A DNA stretch of 61,502 nt, filler included, from Diploschistes diacapsis (Eukaryota): assembly GCA_023645945.1 (NCBI GenBank). It is 11 parts of 11 records of this genome, joined end to end, with 100 filler letters (N's around TTAATTAATTAA, not from the genome) between each part and the next. Parts side by side here need not be neighbours in the genome. Positions count along the whole stretch, not along the records: positions 1 to 26,061 come from JALAIB010000191.1; 10 more parts are not named here. One strand, given 5' to 3'. Each line of letters starts with the position of its first letter. Position 1 is the first letter of the stretch. A program made the translations under genes and the position numbers. Below are positions 1 through 13,915 of this stretch, one piece after another. The notes under the pieces were generated by a model, which was not told where the DNA came from, did not search any database, and saw only the letters and a program-made list of their open reading frames with translations.

Positions 1-1
1 G

Positions 2-199
2 GGGAAAAGGAAGGCGGAGGACAAGGTGGAGGTGGTGGTGGATGAAGACGCGGAGAAGCAGAAACCGGTTTCGAAAAGGGAAATGAAGAGAAGGGCGAAG
101 AGGGCGAGGGTTGAGGCTGCGTTGGGGAAGAGCGGTGAGGCTGAGGATGGAGAGGACCACGAGGGCACGAGTGCTATGAATGGCGATGGCACTGCATAG
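2..199 (+). CDS. 3' end of a gene truncated by the window edge; basic/acidic C-terminal tail
   Basis: Open frame GKRKAEDK...KPVSKREMKRRAKRARVEAALGK...GTA* ending at TAG 197-199, with an NLS-like basic cluster. Product not identifiable. Confidence 0.6.
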   Translation, partial: GKRKAEDKVEVVVDEDAEKQKPVSKREMKRRAKRARVEAALGKSGEAEDGEDHEGTSAMNGDGTA

Positions 200-416
200 C
201 TGCCTATGCTATACTCGAGGAAATCCCAGAAGCAATATGCAGAAAAGCATGTTCCACCGTTCAGCCAGCGCCGAAAAGAATCGAGCTTATCATTGACTGA
301 ACCACAAGAGAGAGATATTGGACGAAGTCGATAATGGTTTTTAATATTCTTTAGACTACAATAGATGCGCAAGCCTCTCGAAGCTTGCATGAGCAAGAAA
401 ACTGCCATCCGTCACC

Positions 417-1420
<1,004 letters not shown>

Positions 1421-2013
1421 ACTTTAACACGTTCAAAAAGGCAGCAGAAGATGAAAAGAAGTTCGAAACCCCAGAAAGAGATGAATAATAAACACGAGAA
1501 CAGTGAGAGATGATGAACTACCTTTGACGGTATACTATACTCCCTGATAGCTAAGCTACAGTATGGATATACAGTTTGCGGGCAAGCGGGGAGCGCTTTG
1601 TGATGTCAAGAGGGGGCTTCTCCTCATCGGGCATCGCTGATAGGCAATGTGCAAAGCTGGCCAGGACGCATGCTTTATCTTCCCATGGCCACTAGCTGCC
1701 ACGGTGTTGCGGAGGCAAGAATCTGCTGCCTCAAGATGAAGTGTATGCGGGTCTCATAGTAACGGCGATGAAAAACTCCCAAAAGCAGCGAAGGGCACTA
1801 AGTTTGTCTTAGAAGTGGTCCAGGGTCAGCTATCAACTGCACCCTCTTAGCTTCCCATGCTCACATTGCAAACAACCTTTTAATATCGAGACTACCGCTT
1901 CGAAAGAGCACTGCCCTTGCCTGTCAATTGTCATCATTCCAGAATTCAAGGTACAACTCGACACAAGCTAGTGAAACAGCTTGCGAGGGCTCCGAGCCCC
2001 TCCACAGGCCTCC

Positions 2014-3471
2014 ATGGACAGCGACTTCGATAACGTTACGTGGGCTACCGAGTCTGACGGCCAGCTTGATCGACCAGAGTCTCGAGACCATAGCTCAGCA
2101 CTTAGCATCAATGGCAACCGACAGCCAAGCGGGCCTCCTCCACCAAGGCCTTTGGCTGATTCGGTCGACCTGGGTGGAATAGGCTCCGGCTTCCTAGAGT
2201 GCGACGTTGGCTCACCACTGAAGGAGAATGATGGGACAAAAGATTCTTACGTATCTTATGAAATCACTACGCATGTTGGTCTGCCCTCAGTCATGGCCTG
2301 TTTCGGGGGCTAACGTTACCAGACCGACTTCAAAGCGTTTCAGAAATCAACGTTCAGTGTACGACGACGCTTCACCGACTTCGTTTTCCTCTTCAAGAAT
2401 CTCTCCAAAGACTACCCAGCATGCGCCGTTCCCCCGTTACCAGATAAGCAAAGGATGGAATACGTCAGAGGCGATCGCTTTGGGTCAGACTTTACACACC
2501 GCCGAGCTCACTCTCTATACCGTTTCCTCAAGCGCTTAACCCTCCACCCCATTCTACGGCGTAGTACGCTTCTGGTCATCTTCCTCGAGAGCCCGGACTG
2601 GAACGCCCACATGCGTCTCCGACCCGGCCGTAACAGCAACGCCAGCGACCAAACCAATAGCGTCTTCGACAACTTCACCGATAGCTTCGTCAACGCCTTC
2701 AGCAAAGTGCACAAGCCTGACAAGCGCTTCATCGAAGTGCGAGAAAAAGCCGACAAACTCGACGAAGACCTCGGCCACGTCGAGAAGATAATAGCGCGCC
2801 TGGTCCGACGGCAGGGCGACCTCGAAACCGACTACAACGACCTCTCGACGCAATTCATGAAGCTAGCCGTCCTCGAGCCCGGCGTCGAAGCCCCCGTACA
2901 CTCGTTCGCAAAGGGCGTGGAAGCGACGGGCTCGGGCATCTGCACGCTGAAAGAACACACCGATCAGGACTACCTCACCTCCTTGCGAGACATGGAAGCC
3001 TACATCGTCGCCGTCAAGTCGCTCCTCAAGATCCGCGAGCAGAAACAGCTAGACTTCGAGGGTCTGACCGAGTATCTCGCCAAAGCCGTGCAGGACCGCG
3101 ACACGCTCGCCTCTTCGCATCCCTCCTCCGCCCTCTCGAGCCCCACGGGCTTTCTGCGGTCGAAGCTCGAAGACGTCCGGGGCGTCGATCACGAGCAAGC
3201 GCGCAGGGAGCGGGTGCGGAAGCTGGAGCTGCAGATCGAGCGGCTGACGCGAGAAGTGGAGGAGGCGAGGAAGACGACAGAGATGTTCGACGAGGAGGTC
3301 GTCAAGGAGGTCGCGGACTTTGAGCGCATCAAGGCGGCAGAGTTCAGGGATACCCTGGGCGGGCTGGCGGAGAGGCATGTCGCCTTTTATCAAAGCGTGA
3401 TCGAGACCTGGGAAGGGTACATACTGCGGATGGAGAAGGAGGAAGGGGGAGTGCCGGAAGGGATGGCATAG
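2014..3471 (+). CDS. SNX4: Sorting nexin-4 / Atg24 (PX-BAR)
   Basis: MDSDFDNVTW start, intron 2275-2322. PX motif VRRRFTDFVFL..YPACAVPPLPDK, MEYVRGDRFG, and BAR region REQKQLDFEGLTEYL / EDVRGVDHEQARRER. Confidence 0.93.
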
Positions 3472-4269
3472 TCGTACGGGTGCGCTACAGTCTAGTTTGG
3501 CGTGGTGGCGGCGTTGAGACTTACGATTCGGGCAGTGTTATGACATCGGGCCACGGGGCGTTTGGGGGCTACGTACTAGTGAGCGCGGCGCCTCTTTCAT
3601 GGATATCCTGGTTTATTATTCTATTCTAGGGGAGGTGCTATGCTCTCTGCGCCGAGGCAAAGGCGCATGATGCATGCATAACGTGACGGTCCACTAAGAC
3701 TATCTTCCCGGGCCCCCCTACATGATTCAAAGGCAACCAACAAACCATGAACATCCCTTTTTTTTGGGTCTTTGTGCTTTGCTTAATTATGCTCCCCTTC
3801 ATTCCGGTCTTCCTCTGTCCTCGCTACCACCTCTACGTGTGTCCCGATAGGATGAGACCCGCGCTACGCCCAACTAAGCGACGGAAGTATCAAGAATCAA
3901 CTCTTAGGGATGTTTCGGACCAATCAATATATAAGTCTGCGATATTTTGAAGCTCTCCGCGAGCTTTTAGACCTAATTTCAGATCAATGTGGAGCAATTT
4001 CAAAGAGGTGAAAGAGGTAGGAGGTTATGTAAAATTGTTCTACATATCGTCTGCATCGCTACGTCCATTTAAAAGGTAGCACTTTAGCTCCAAAGTTAAA
4101 AGCTTACTTGTTCTAGTTTAGGGCGAGTCACGTCATATCCGACAGAAAGACGGCAGCAGATCGACGAATGAGCAAGACAAAGCCCGGCTACGTGGCCCAA
4201 GACCCCTTGTTCGCATTAGCCAGCACGTCGACGTGTGCCGTCAAGAACGGGTAGTTCTTCCAATCCTCG

Positions 4270-5860
4270 TTATCCTCCATGGAGGATCTCGCCACTCTCC
4301 GAGTCGACGTCGATCAGACAGAACTGTTCGTCCTCGCGGTCCAGAGACCCGTACCTGCGGTGGCGTTTGGGTCCGCTGACGACCCTGAGTGGTCCGCGTT
4401 TGGGTTGAGGTCCAATGGCGACCTTGTTTGGTCCATCTTTAGGAGGGAATGCGTCGATTATTGCGCGGTAAAAGGATGGGGTCGCGCTGGAGTCGTTGGT
4501 TTTCTCTGGGATTGCTGCCGGAGACGCGAACTTTGCGTTGAACTCTTCCCTGGTTTCCTTCCTGCATCGCGAGACGATCGGGAATGTTGCCGGAGAGAAG
4601 CCTCTGCGAAAGGGTGGATTCGGGGCTTTTGCGGGGCTGCCAGACGGACGGACGGTAATTGGGGCTTTTGCAGGACTGCCAGATGGATGAACGGTGATCG
4701 GGGCTTTTGGAGAGCCACGCGTGGATGGTATGGCGATCTTCCTCTGTCTGGGACTCTTGCTCACGCTCTTCCTGACGGCGCTTCTCCTCAGCCTCGCGCA
4801 AGTATTGAACGAGGCGCTGCTTGAATTCTTCCTGGCACTTCAGATTCTTGATGTACAGGGATAGGCTTTCTGCAATGTGCGTGTTAGTTGCGGACAACTC
4901 TTCGGTCTCTGCCTTGACTGCAGCATGTGCCTTTTGGAAGCCATGGTTGAAGAGTTCATGAGTGTCAGTGTCAGACATGGTTTCTGGAACAGGTTTAAGC
5001 ATGCTGTGGCCGGAACTCACAGACCGGGCGTGGGACTCAATGTCGCCCACATCCTCAGTCACAAAGGGCGTTCTTGTAGTGGTCTTGTACTTTGACATGT
5101 TGGACACCTTGCGTTCTGGCTCCCTCTGGACATCACAATCATCCCTGGATTGCTTCAGCAGTGGTTCCAGGTTTGCTATGATAGACGTACGTCATAGGTC
5201 ATTGGGCAAGTGCTCCGGGACCATGGCATCTTTTTTCGAGATATTGCTGGTAGAAGGAGTCTCTGGGAAGATAGGCTGCACATCATGAAAGAAATCGTGG
5301 ATCAAAGCTGCTAACTTGTGAGCCCGGCTTTTCAAATACGGGAGGGCTGGAAGCAAACAATGAAGTCTCCGTTGCTTCATGCTTAGCCTTTCGCTCCTTG
5401 ATCAACAAGCTCAAGGGCGGTGGATTGCCACAAGTCACGAACATTATTTTCAACGGCATTGTCCAAAGAAAATCCGTTGGATGCATGACAACGTACGCAG
5501 TATCCTAGAGCAATTTGTCTTGGTCCTTTCGAAAGCCTTGGACCCGCCCTTGGTGAATTGAGGCACCCCTGAAATAGTCAACTCTGATAAATCACAATCT
5601 TGGATGGTTGTGTACTGACCTTCGTCAGATGAACACGCTACGTCCGAGCCGTTACTATCGTCCGAATCATCAGAAATGTCCGATTCATCAGTATCGTTGC
5701 CGTCATTACTATCAATGCGGCAAAGATGTTTCAGAGCCTTCATGATATCCTTATGGATGAAATCCTTTGGGATAGTAACTTCGTTCTCGGCGTGTTGGCC
5801 ATGATGGATTGGGTCATCCTTGCAACTTTCGTTAACTTGGCGTTCGGATGTGGAGTGGAA
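4270..5860 (-). CDS. Hypothetical protein(s); acidic tract, coiled coil and Pro/Ser repeat; gene model unresolved
   Basis: Consecutive minus-strand ORFs 5450-5863 (acidic DDSDDS), 4439-5107 (coiled coil EEKRRQEEREQE) and 4270-4764 (13-aa repeat). No recognised domain. Confidence 0.4.
4622..4738 (-). repeat. 39-bp tandem repeat, about 3 copies (ITVxPSGSPAKAP)
   Basis: ggggcttttgcggggctgccagacggacggacggtaatt and ggggcttttgcaggactgccagatggatgaacggtgatc, plus a degenerate third copy. Confidence 0.8.
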
Positions 5861-6046
5861 CAAGAAAAGCGGAAATTCCGAGTCTATAGGTTTTGAAGGT
5901 CAGCTTGCGTTCACCGTGATACCTGGTAGGTGTTGACGCGTTTCATTGATTATATGCACGTGTGTAGACAGAACTTACAATCCTTGAACAGTGAAGATGT
6001 CTGGGTTATGAGTCACAATGTATTCTGTGGATTCTATGCAGATATA

Positions 6047-6862
6047 CTATGACCGCAATTTTGATCGCCGCTCTTTACTTGGAAAAAGGAGAAGATACTC
6101 ATGACCCTCTGGTAAGTCTCCCAAAGGCCACTGCCATATTTCTAGGACACCTTCTAACACTTCTAGCGGTTCTTTGTGGTCAACGAGGAAACTGGTGTCG
6201 ACTCCTGAAACGAGGTTAGTTGTATCCTCAGGGTCAAAGAGTGTTCCGTGCAGCGTTGCGTTCTTGATGTACGGTATTGGCGAAGCTTCCATGATTGCGA
6301 CGGCGTTTCTGCGAATGAAGTCGAGAGATACTTTCTCGATGGTTGCTGCTTAGGCTCAGCAATCAGAGCCTGCAGAAGAAGGATGGCACGTACTTCCAAA
6401 GCCTCTCGCAGCTGCCAGACATGCAGCCGGATTAGAGCTCACGATTCCGTATATTTCCTCACGACCGGTCCTTAAAGATCTGAGGAGCCCAGAGGCCACG
6501 CCACGCTCACGGTAATCCCGGTCTACCACCAATTGGGTGATCCAACAAACACTCTTGCCATTGAATTCCCAACGGCAGGCAAATGCATTTCCGACAAGCT
6601 TCCCATCAATGGTCACACTAGCATAGAAGGTTACTGCCGCACTAGGCATGTGCTGTTCTTTAAGCCGACGTGCGGTGAGCACCACGCGTTGCCCTATCAG
6701 AGGGATTAGGTATGCAGAAGGAAAGGCTTCTTTGATCTGACCTGGTCTTCTTGAATTTGGTCCCCAACTTCCATAATTTTCACTAAAGAGTTGCGCAGCT
6801 TTGACTAGCATGTCATTTGTGACGTCCTCGCCAGTGAAAGTCTCGTAAATCTGTTTCGACAT
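6047..6862 (-). CDS. Fungal GNAT-fold (acetyltransferase-like) hypothetical protein, 3 exons
   Basis: MSKQIYETF start at 6862. WITQLVVDRDYRERGVASGLL matches GNAT acetyl-CoA motif A (V..xxRxxGxA). Last exon ...WPLGDLPEGHEYLLL. Short GT-AG introns near 6694-6741 and 6350-6410. Confidence 0.75.
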
Positions 6863-9800
6863 ACTGTACGGGAAGGAGAAGGGAAAAATGTCTTCAGCAG
6901 AGGATGTCCTTACTAAAATTCGAATAGAATATACAACTATATGTATTTTTCCTATCGAGCTCTTACGCTTCTCTAGGAAAAAGCTTAAAGGATTTTCCGG
7001 GTGGAGACCTGATAGCCTTTGCTTGGCATCATACTGCAGGTCTATGCCCCCTATACATCTATGTACCCGACCCCGACCATGTGAGGCAGAGGCAGGTTTG
7101 TTAATGGATGGGTCTACCGTCCTAATAATATGGGCGAGAATGGGGGATTCCTGATGACATCGCTGTCTCTGTATAAACATACCTGAAATCCTTTCAAACA
7201 ATAGCACGCGGTGACTGAACCTGAGCTCCTTTGTCTGACGTTACTTAAGACCTCAAATGGCGTCGAAATCATACCTTTCTTAACAAGCCAGGACTTTTAT
7301 GTCTCATAAGCTCGAGACTGAGCGATAGTAGGTTGCTGATAGCTTGTACTCTGCATGCTGGAGTGACGATGGGCTGGGGACCCGGTCATGGTTTGGCTTC
7401 CAGGTTTCGACGGGCACGTTACCCGTGGAGAGCTTATGAGCCATGCCGCGGAGCTGTTTCAACATGATACGAGGCCCATTGCTAGGAAGGCCATTGTTAA
7501 CCGGCAGAGCCGCCGGTTCGGGGGATCTTGAATGCGGGACAGAACGCAGGCGAGGCACGTCCCGCGGCTATCGTGGGAGGGGAGCATGGTTCTGTTGCCA
7601 CAGGTCAGGATGACAACACGCGAGGGACATCCTGGTGCGGACTCTGGAGATCGACCGAGCGGGCCTGCTATGAGTTACTTGAGGACGGAGGTCGCAAAAG
7701 TACGAGGAATCATGCGACAGCATCATCCTTCTGGACTCGATCGAAGGGTTCAAGCAATGGAAGCGCAAGTCCTTCCCGACCGCCAAACGAAACAACAGGA
7801 GGAACACCACAGAGGGGCTCATGCAGGGCCAGTACGGTGCACGTGGTGCTATCCAAGCACACGTTATGGAGGCGCTCATAGTCCCATACTTTCCTGGGTC
7901 CGCGACAAGAAGAAATCCCAACAGAAGATCGAATTTCTACATCTAAAGGCAATGACCCGCAGCGAGCTTATCACTTATCACTTATCACTATGCTCGCCCA
8001 CGAACTCTGCGCCAACGCCGTCCGAATAATTATCTTCAACGCCGGGGCCGCCATACATGTTCTAGAAGCGAGTGTGGCGCACGGAAACCGAATCTGAGAC
8101 CTTAGCAGAAGAGCAACGCATTAGTGCCCTGTGGGTTTCCGCTTTCAACGACTGGCCGGTTCCGGCTCGGTTAAGCGTCACCACAATCCTCCAGATCTCA
8201 GTGTCTACCTACACGGGATACAGGCTCTCTGGGACTATGGTTCGAATGCAGTACCCGTGCCTTCACAGGGATCTTCTGAACAACGTCGCTCAGGCATGCA
8301 GTTCTGACACTGACCCTATCTGGGAAGGTGTTGTTGTGACCCGTACAAGGAGCTCCGTTCAGGAGTTGTGCGCCGGATCGAGCAGATCGCCTTGGAACAG
8401 CCCCAAAAAGAGCCTAGAAAACAAATTCACGCGGGTTCCAGCACGGAATGGACCAACAGCAGCAGAATCTGGGCTAGCGGAGAACTCGGGTGGACAGTAC
8501 ATTGGCTGGCCGAAAAGACCATTTATCACATCCTCGATGGCTAGCGGTCACAATCTACAACTGAACAGACGCCCAAAAAGGTTGGATATAGAATAAAAGG
8601 CCAGAGTAAGGTCGCACTGGATGAGAGCCAGGGGGCGGGAAGGCCGAAGCTGGAGAAGAAGTGGCATCGGTTGGACACGAAGACAGAGCGCGGTAGAGTC
8701 AACGATAGGGATCCTCGGTATCTGTAAGGGCGTGGGTTCGCCGGCCTTGGGATATACAAAGGATTAAGATCGGCTGTAGTGACGGCGTCGCTGTGGGCAC
8801 ATGGCTTGCTTGGTTGTCATTACGGTTGCTTGAGCAGTTTAGTTTCTTTTGGAAGGACTAACCTTTCTCTCTATTTGCTCAGCCCATGGTACCTCTGCCT
8901 GTTGAGGCTGGTGCAAATCCTCTATGAAAAGGAGGTATGGCTTAGTGTGACAGCTGGACCGCAAGCCCACAGTTCAGCACCGTACGCAACAATTGTATTG
9001 GGTTCGTTGCAGCTATTCTTAGTGCCTTTAGTGTTCTTATTCCAACCGCTCATGGCATGCAGTACTACCCACCCGGATCGATAGTAGCAGCTTACTTATA
9101 TCCCCTTTTTCAAGGACCCTACCGTCCGCTCTATACGCCCCTTTTTTCACACGCACCCACGCACACACAGCCATATAAATATCGAACGGCCATTCCTCCA
9201 CTCCGGCATCATCATCCCCTCGAAAGGCTCCCGGCAGCTCATGCTGCCTTCTTTCTCAGCATCGACCTTGCAATGCTTCTCTTCCTCCATCCACGCCATG
9301 GAGCCTTCATCAACCTTGTCCGTCCGCCAGCGGTGAGAGACGGGCATTTCCTTGCGCTTTGAGAGACGTCGCTCACTTCGCGCTTCGCCTTTTGACTTCT
9401 CCGCCGGACAGTCCGGTTCCCTTCGATTTGGAATCTTCGTCGTCCCTAGGATCGTAGTATAAACTGCCGGTGCGGCATTCCCTAGCGGAGAATTCAGTGT
9501 AGAGGAACGTGTGCAGCAGTGTAGCGAACCGTTTGTCGACCGTGAGAATTCTCTTGCGTGATGTTCATGGACGAATGCGATTCCGAACTGTGAGCCCGAG
9601 ATTGTTGGGGTATACACAATCTGGCATATAATCGATGTGAATGGACCATTGAGCCTGGCTCGAATCACGAGTGCAAACAGAGCGGTGAAGCCATCTCACC
9701 ACGCCATTGTGTATGTATAGCCAGAGCATTCTCCTAGTATATGGTATCTAATCCAGCTTCTTTTATTCCATGACCACCGGGTGCTCCTGAAACACACCAG

Positions 9801-10448
9801 CAAGCTCATATAATTGGGGGTTCTTCTCTGGGCCAAAGAAGTATTTTTTATACTAGTGCTTTTTCATCGTGACAGGATGAAATCACACTGACTCAGTGCT
9901 CTAAGCCTTTACCTTTTGTGTGCCTGATTTCACCGACCAAAGCCTGTTAAAACTGTCTTAAGACCTGAGATAAGGGCAGACATCGCCAACGCAAGTAATA
10001 AGGGCCTTGTGCTTCGCGAGTGAGGATTCTACCTCCTTTCGTCGGTTACGCACGGAGCGAGAAGCTACACAGTGTAAGCCAATTTTCAGCTTCTTTTGCT
10101 ATCAACTCAAGACAAGAAAGCGTGTTGGTCTTGTCCACAAGATGAACAAACCGGACACTCCTTATCGCTAACATTATATTACTAGATGATGTAGTGTCCA
10201 GATTGCTTGTAATAGTCAAAAGAATGAGTCGAAAATGGAGTTCCATCAAAGAGATTCAGTAGGTATTGCTTAATATAGTCAGAAGTCGGTAGTCACCTTT
10301 CTTTGTTCTTCGCTCTTCGCCGCATTTGGCTGAATACGACGACAGTCTGCGCAAAGGTTTCACCATATCTTGTATCTTGTCACCCTTCAAGTAAAGTGCC
10401 TGGTATACTTTTGGCAGAACTATCAAGGGACAATCTCTATTGCCCTGA

Positions 10449-12129
10449 ATGGCGGGCTCATCGGAGAAAGCAACTGGGAAGCAACTGGTGCGTAGTCATG
10501 AAATGGAATACCCAGCCTTGCCGGAAAAGGCGCAAGAGAAACGAGTTAAAGATAACCTCGACCACAACAATCCAGGCCTATCGGGAGAAGCGCGTGGGAA
10601 GCCATCCGAGGCTGTTCTCAAAGTAAATTACCTAGCCTCGTCGGAGAAGGCGCAAGGGCAACAGTCTGAGGCTGCTACCGAGTGCAACAGTTCAAACTTA
10701 TCCGAAGAAGCCCAAGGGAAGCAGCCTGAGCGTGATGTTGAATTAAATCAGTCGACCTTGTCGGAGAAGGCGCAAGGCAAACAATCTGGGCCCAAAATTG
10801 ATCGCAACACTCCAGGCTCATCAGAGAAAGCGAGAGAAAAGCAACGCGAGGGACATGACGAAGTGAACAATCCAGATCTGCCCGTGAAAGCGTGGGGAAA
10901 CAGATCTGAGCGTGGTGTCGAAGTAAACTATCCAGACTTGTCAGAGAAAGCGCGGGGGAAACGCCCCGTACATGATGCCGAAGGAACTGGTCGATCGAAA
11001 CTATCCCCGAGCGCTTCGAAGAAATTGAAGACGCCGATACAGAACTTGTACGATAGAAAGAGACTGGAGTCAAATACGTTCTTCCGAGAGGTGAAACGAG
11101 TACGGGACATAATAGACGACGGGTTCGCGAACAAAAGGGCCCTCCCAGACCAGCAAATTCAAAATATATACAAAACAATCAAGTTAAACATCATAAGAAT
11201 AGTAAGAACGTTCTATAATAGTGCGATCATTAGGAAAGAGAGCAGGGATGAGACCAGCTCGAAATTGAACATGAACGCCAAAATTCTTCAGGAGCAATTC
11301 TTCTCAAATTGGAACTATCGAGGAGAGGTCAGGGTTCTCCTCGTGTCCGGAAAGATCTTTGAGTTTCTATGCAAATATCTTTTTGATGCAGAATGCTTCG
11401 GCACAGATCTAGATACGGAGAAAGGGCTGGTACAGTTTGAGTGCAAATTGCAGCAGTCCACAGGTGAACAAACTTTGTTCGCATTACAGGAGACATCATC
11501 ACTGACGGCTTTTAGTCCATCCCACAGAGGTTCGAAAGTGGCGCTCAAGTACGATCAGGTGCTCCCGTTTCCAAGAAGCTCGCTATAACCGAGCCCAACG
11601 AGTAGCACAGAGGATTTTGTCGTTTCTCCGACCTGTGCGGTTCATGACGCAGTCCGGTTGCAATATCTTCAAGTTTGAAACAGAAGTCGAAGACGAGATG
11701 CACCTCTTGTGCGAGATAGCCTTGGACTTGACGCTTGCACTGAGAGCAGGTAAGCTTACATATCAGTTCAGGCATGTCGGCGTTGGAACAACGATTACCG
11801 CTCTTGAGGAGCTAGACTTTGTTGTAGAAGCTTTCCTGGAAGAGGAACGGCCAGAGCACCTTGAGAGCTGCGATGTTGCTTGGACGGTTTTCCGGGCACT
11901 AGTACGTTCACAGAACTTAGGCTCAAGGCCGAACCTTCTGCTCGCCAAAGCCGTAGTGGTAGGTTGCCAAGGCCCACTTGTCGAACTCGAGCTTGGCTAC
12001 GACAGTCCAGACCTTGCTGCAGGAAGTCCTCGAGGTCACGGGGCAACGCAACGGATCCCCTCAGATATTGCTCTGTTTCATCGTTCCAAAAACATTGTTG
12101 AAAGACGACGCATAGTACATGAATTGTGA
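10449..12129 (+). CDS. Hypothetical protein: N-terminal 9 x 20-aa repeats plus folded C-terminal domain (2 exons)
   Basis: ORF from 10449. Intron 11464-11515 (gtgaac...ctgac...tag) joins to VHPTEVRKWRSSTIRC and ORF 11617-12129, which contains VFRALVRS...LLLAKAVVVG. Confidence 0.75.
10461..10980 (+). repeat. 60-bp coding tandem repeat, about 9 copies, consensus SEKAxGKxxExxxExNxPxL
   Basis: tcggagaag-cgc-gggaa core recurs at the same column of nine consecutive 60-base lines with no indels. Confidence 0.92.
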
Positions 12130-12702
12130 AGAGTGAAAAGCGGTGGAACTGCCTAGGCGCATGTACAAGGATAAGAAGCCCATCGGTCGAGGAAATTATT
12201 GAATGGTCTGGAGATGATTCTGTCCTCTTAGACCTTCTTGCGAAGCATCTTTTATCAAGTTTGTACCATTCAATTCCGGTATCCGCAAAAGATCCAGCTT
12301 GGAATCTACCACTTGGCTTTAGATCCCGGTATTAAGGTAGAGTAAGTAGGTACGATCCGCGATGGTGAAAGAAAGGAGGATGAGTTCTCAAATCCGAAAT
12401 CCACTGGCGAGCCGGAGCTGAATTGCCCCGATCGAGCACTTCAGCCTTATCCCCTTAAACCGCAAACAGCCCGAATCCCATCGATGGCAAGTAACTTTAT
12501 GTGGCACATCTATCTCACGCCGGTTGCCTGCGATCTTAGACGTCACCTATTGCATTGGAGCATACCACTCAGCGTGAGATCCCAACAAGGATGGCCTTGT
12601 CCATGTTTTTCAAAAAGAGCATGATTTGAATCTAGGTATAAAGTGTTTGCTCTACTTCCATAAGTTCCTGCTTGGTCTTTGAGCAAGTCTAATCCACCCA
12701 AA

Positions 12703-13915
12703 ATGACGCCCGTGCATGTACTCGATGACTATTATTTGGCAATCACCTTCCTGATCACTGTCGCATATCAACTGTTTTTCTTTTCAATAGCATTCAGGTT
12801 CAAATTTGATAAATTAACTGGTACACTCTTCTATTAGCCCGCTAAGGAAGATATCGCTTATGCTAGGCAGACTTTGCCGGTGGAACAAATTTCGTGGTAC
12901 TAGCGATCATCACGCTTGCCTTCTCTGGCACCCACAATGCGCGTCAGATCGTAGTCTCCCTTTTCATGATGGTATGGGGCGCCAGACTCTCTGGATTTCT
13001 GCTGTTCCGCATATTGAAAACGGGCAAAGACGATAGGTTTGACGACAAGAGAGATAAATTTTGGTCCTTTCTCGGCTTCTGGGTCTTCCAGATGTTTTGG
13101 GTCTGGACAGGTGAGAAACCCGGTTGGATTCTGTGGGAATCCTGTAACGAGTTATTTTAGTCTCATTGCCTGTGACTATATTGAATTCTCCAAATATTAT
13201 CAATTTCAATCAACCGGCTTTCGGCACGGGGCGCGATATCGCCGGAATCATTCTCTGGACCATAGGCTTCATAGCCGAGAGCGTCTCAGATGTGCAGAAG
13301 TATATCTTCAGGAGCAACCCCGAGAACAAGGGGAAAGTTTGCGACGTAGGCTTCTTCACCTGGTCTAGACACCCTAATTATTTCGGGGTAAGTGATACCT
13401 AACCCTTTACTTTGAGGACATTAGAAGTTAACGTATCGAAGGAGATCATTATGCAGTTCTGTATGTTCGGAACATCAATTGAATGGCTGATACTGATCTA
13501 TATAGCGATTTTCATGATAGCAGTTTCTCCGTCGGCGTATGGATACGTGACTGGCCAAGCATACAACGCTCAATATGGAGCAATTCTTGGGGCATTCTTC
13601 TTGACCCTATTGCTTATGTTTGTTTCGGGACTCACTCTTCAGGAAAGACCGGGCGCAAAGAAACGATACGAGAGCGGCAACCATTGGGAATCGTTCAAAG
13701 TTTATACCGAGCGAACGAGCATTCTGATTCCGTTTCCTCCACAGCTATACTTACACGTGCCGACTTTTCTGAAGAGAACGCTCCTCTTGGAGTTTCCAAT
13801 TTACGTCTTTGATCCTGCAAAGCATTCTGACAGGAAGAGGGACGATACTCACGCGGCAGAAGCAAGGCAAGGAGATGGGAATCGAGAGAGCCAGGAGGAG
13901 TTGCGCAATAACTAG
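12703..13915 (+). CDS. DUF1295 / steroid 5-alpha-reductase-like membrane protein (multi-exon)
   Basis: MTPVHVLDDYYLAITFLITVAYQ, FDKLTDFAGGTNF, WGARLSGFLLFRILKTGKDDRFD, WSRHPNYFGE, FVSGLTLQERPGAKK. Four short GT-AG introns. Confidence 0.9.

Noticed and set aside
7300..10400. Several 100-175 aa ORFs and protein-like fragments
   Set aside because: Fragments switch frames and match no family I recognise; possibly decayed genes, but not supportable.
10461..10980. Regular repeat-spacer pattern as a CRISPR-like array
   Set aside because: Eukaryotic coding repeat with a degenerate core, an open reading frame throughout and no cas genes.
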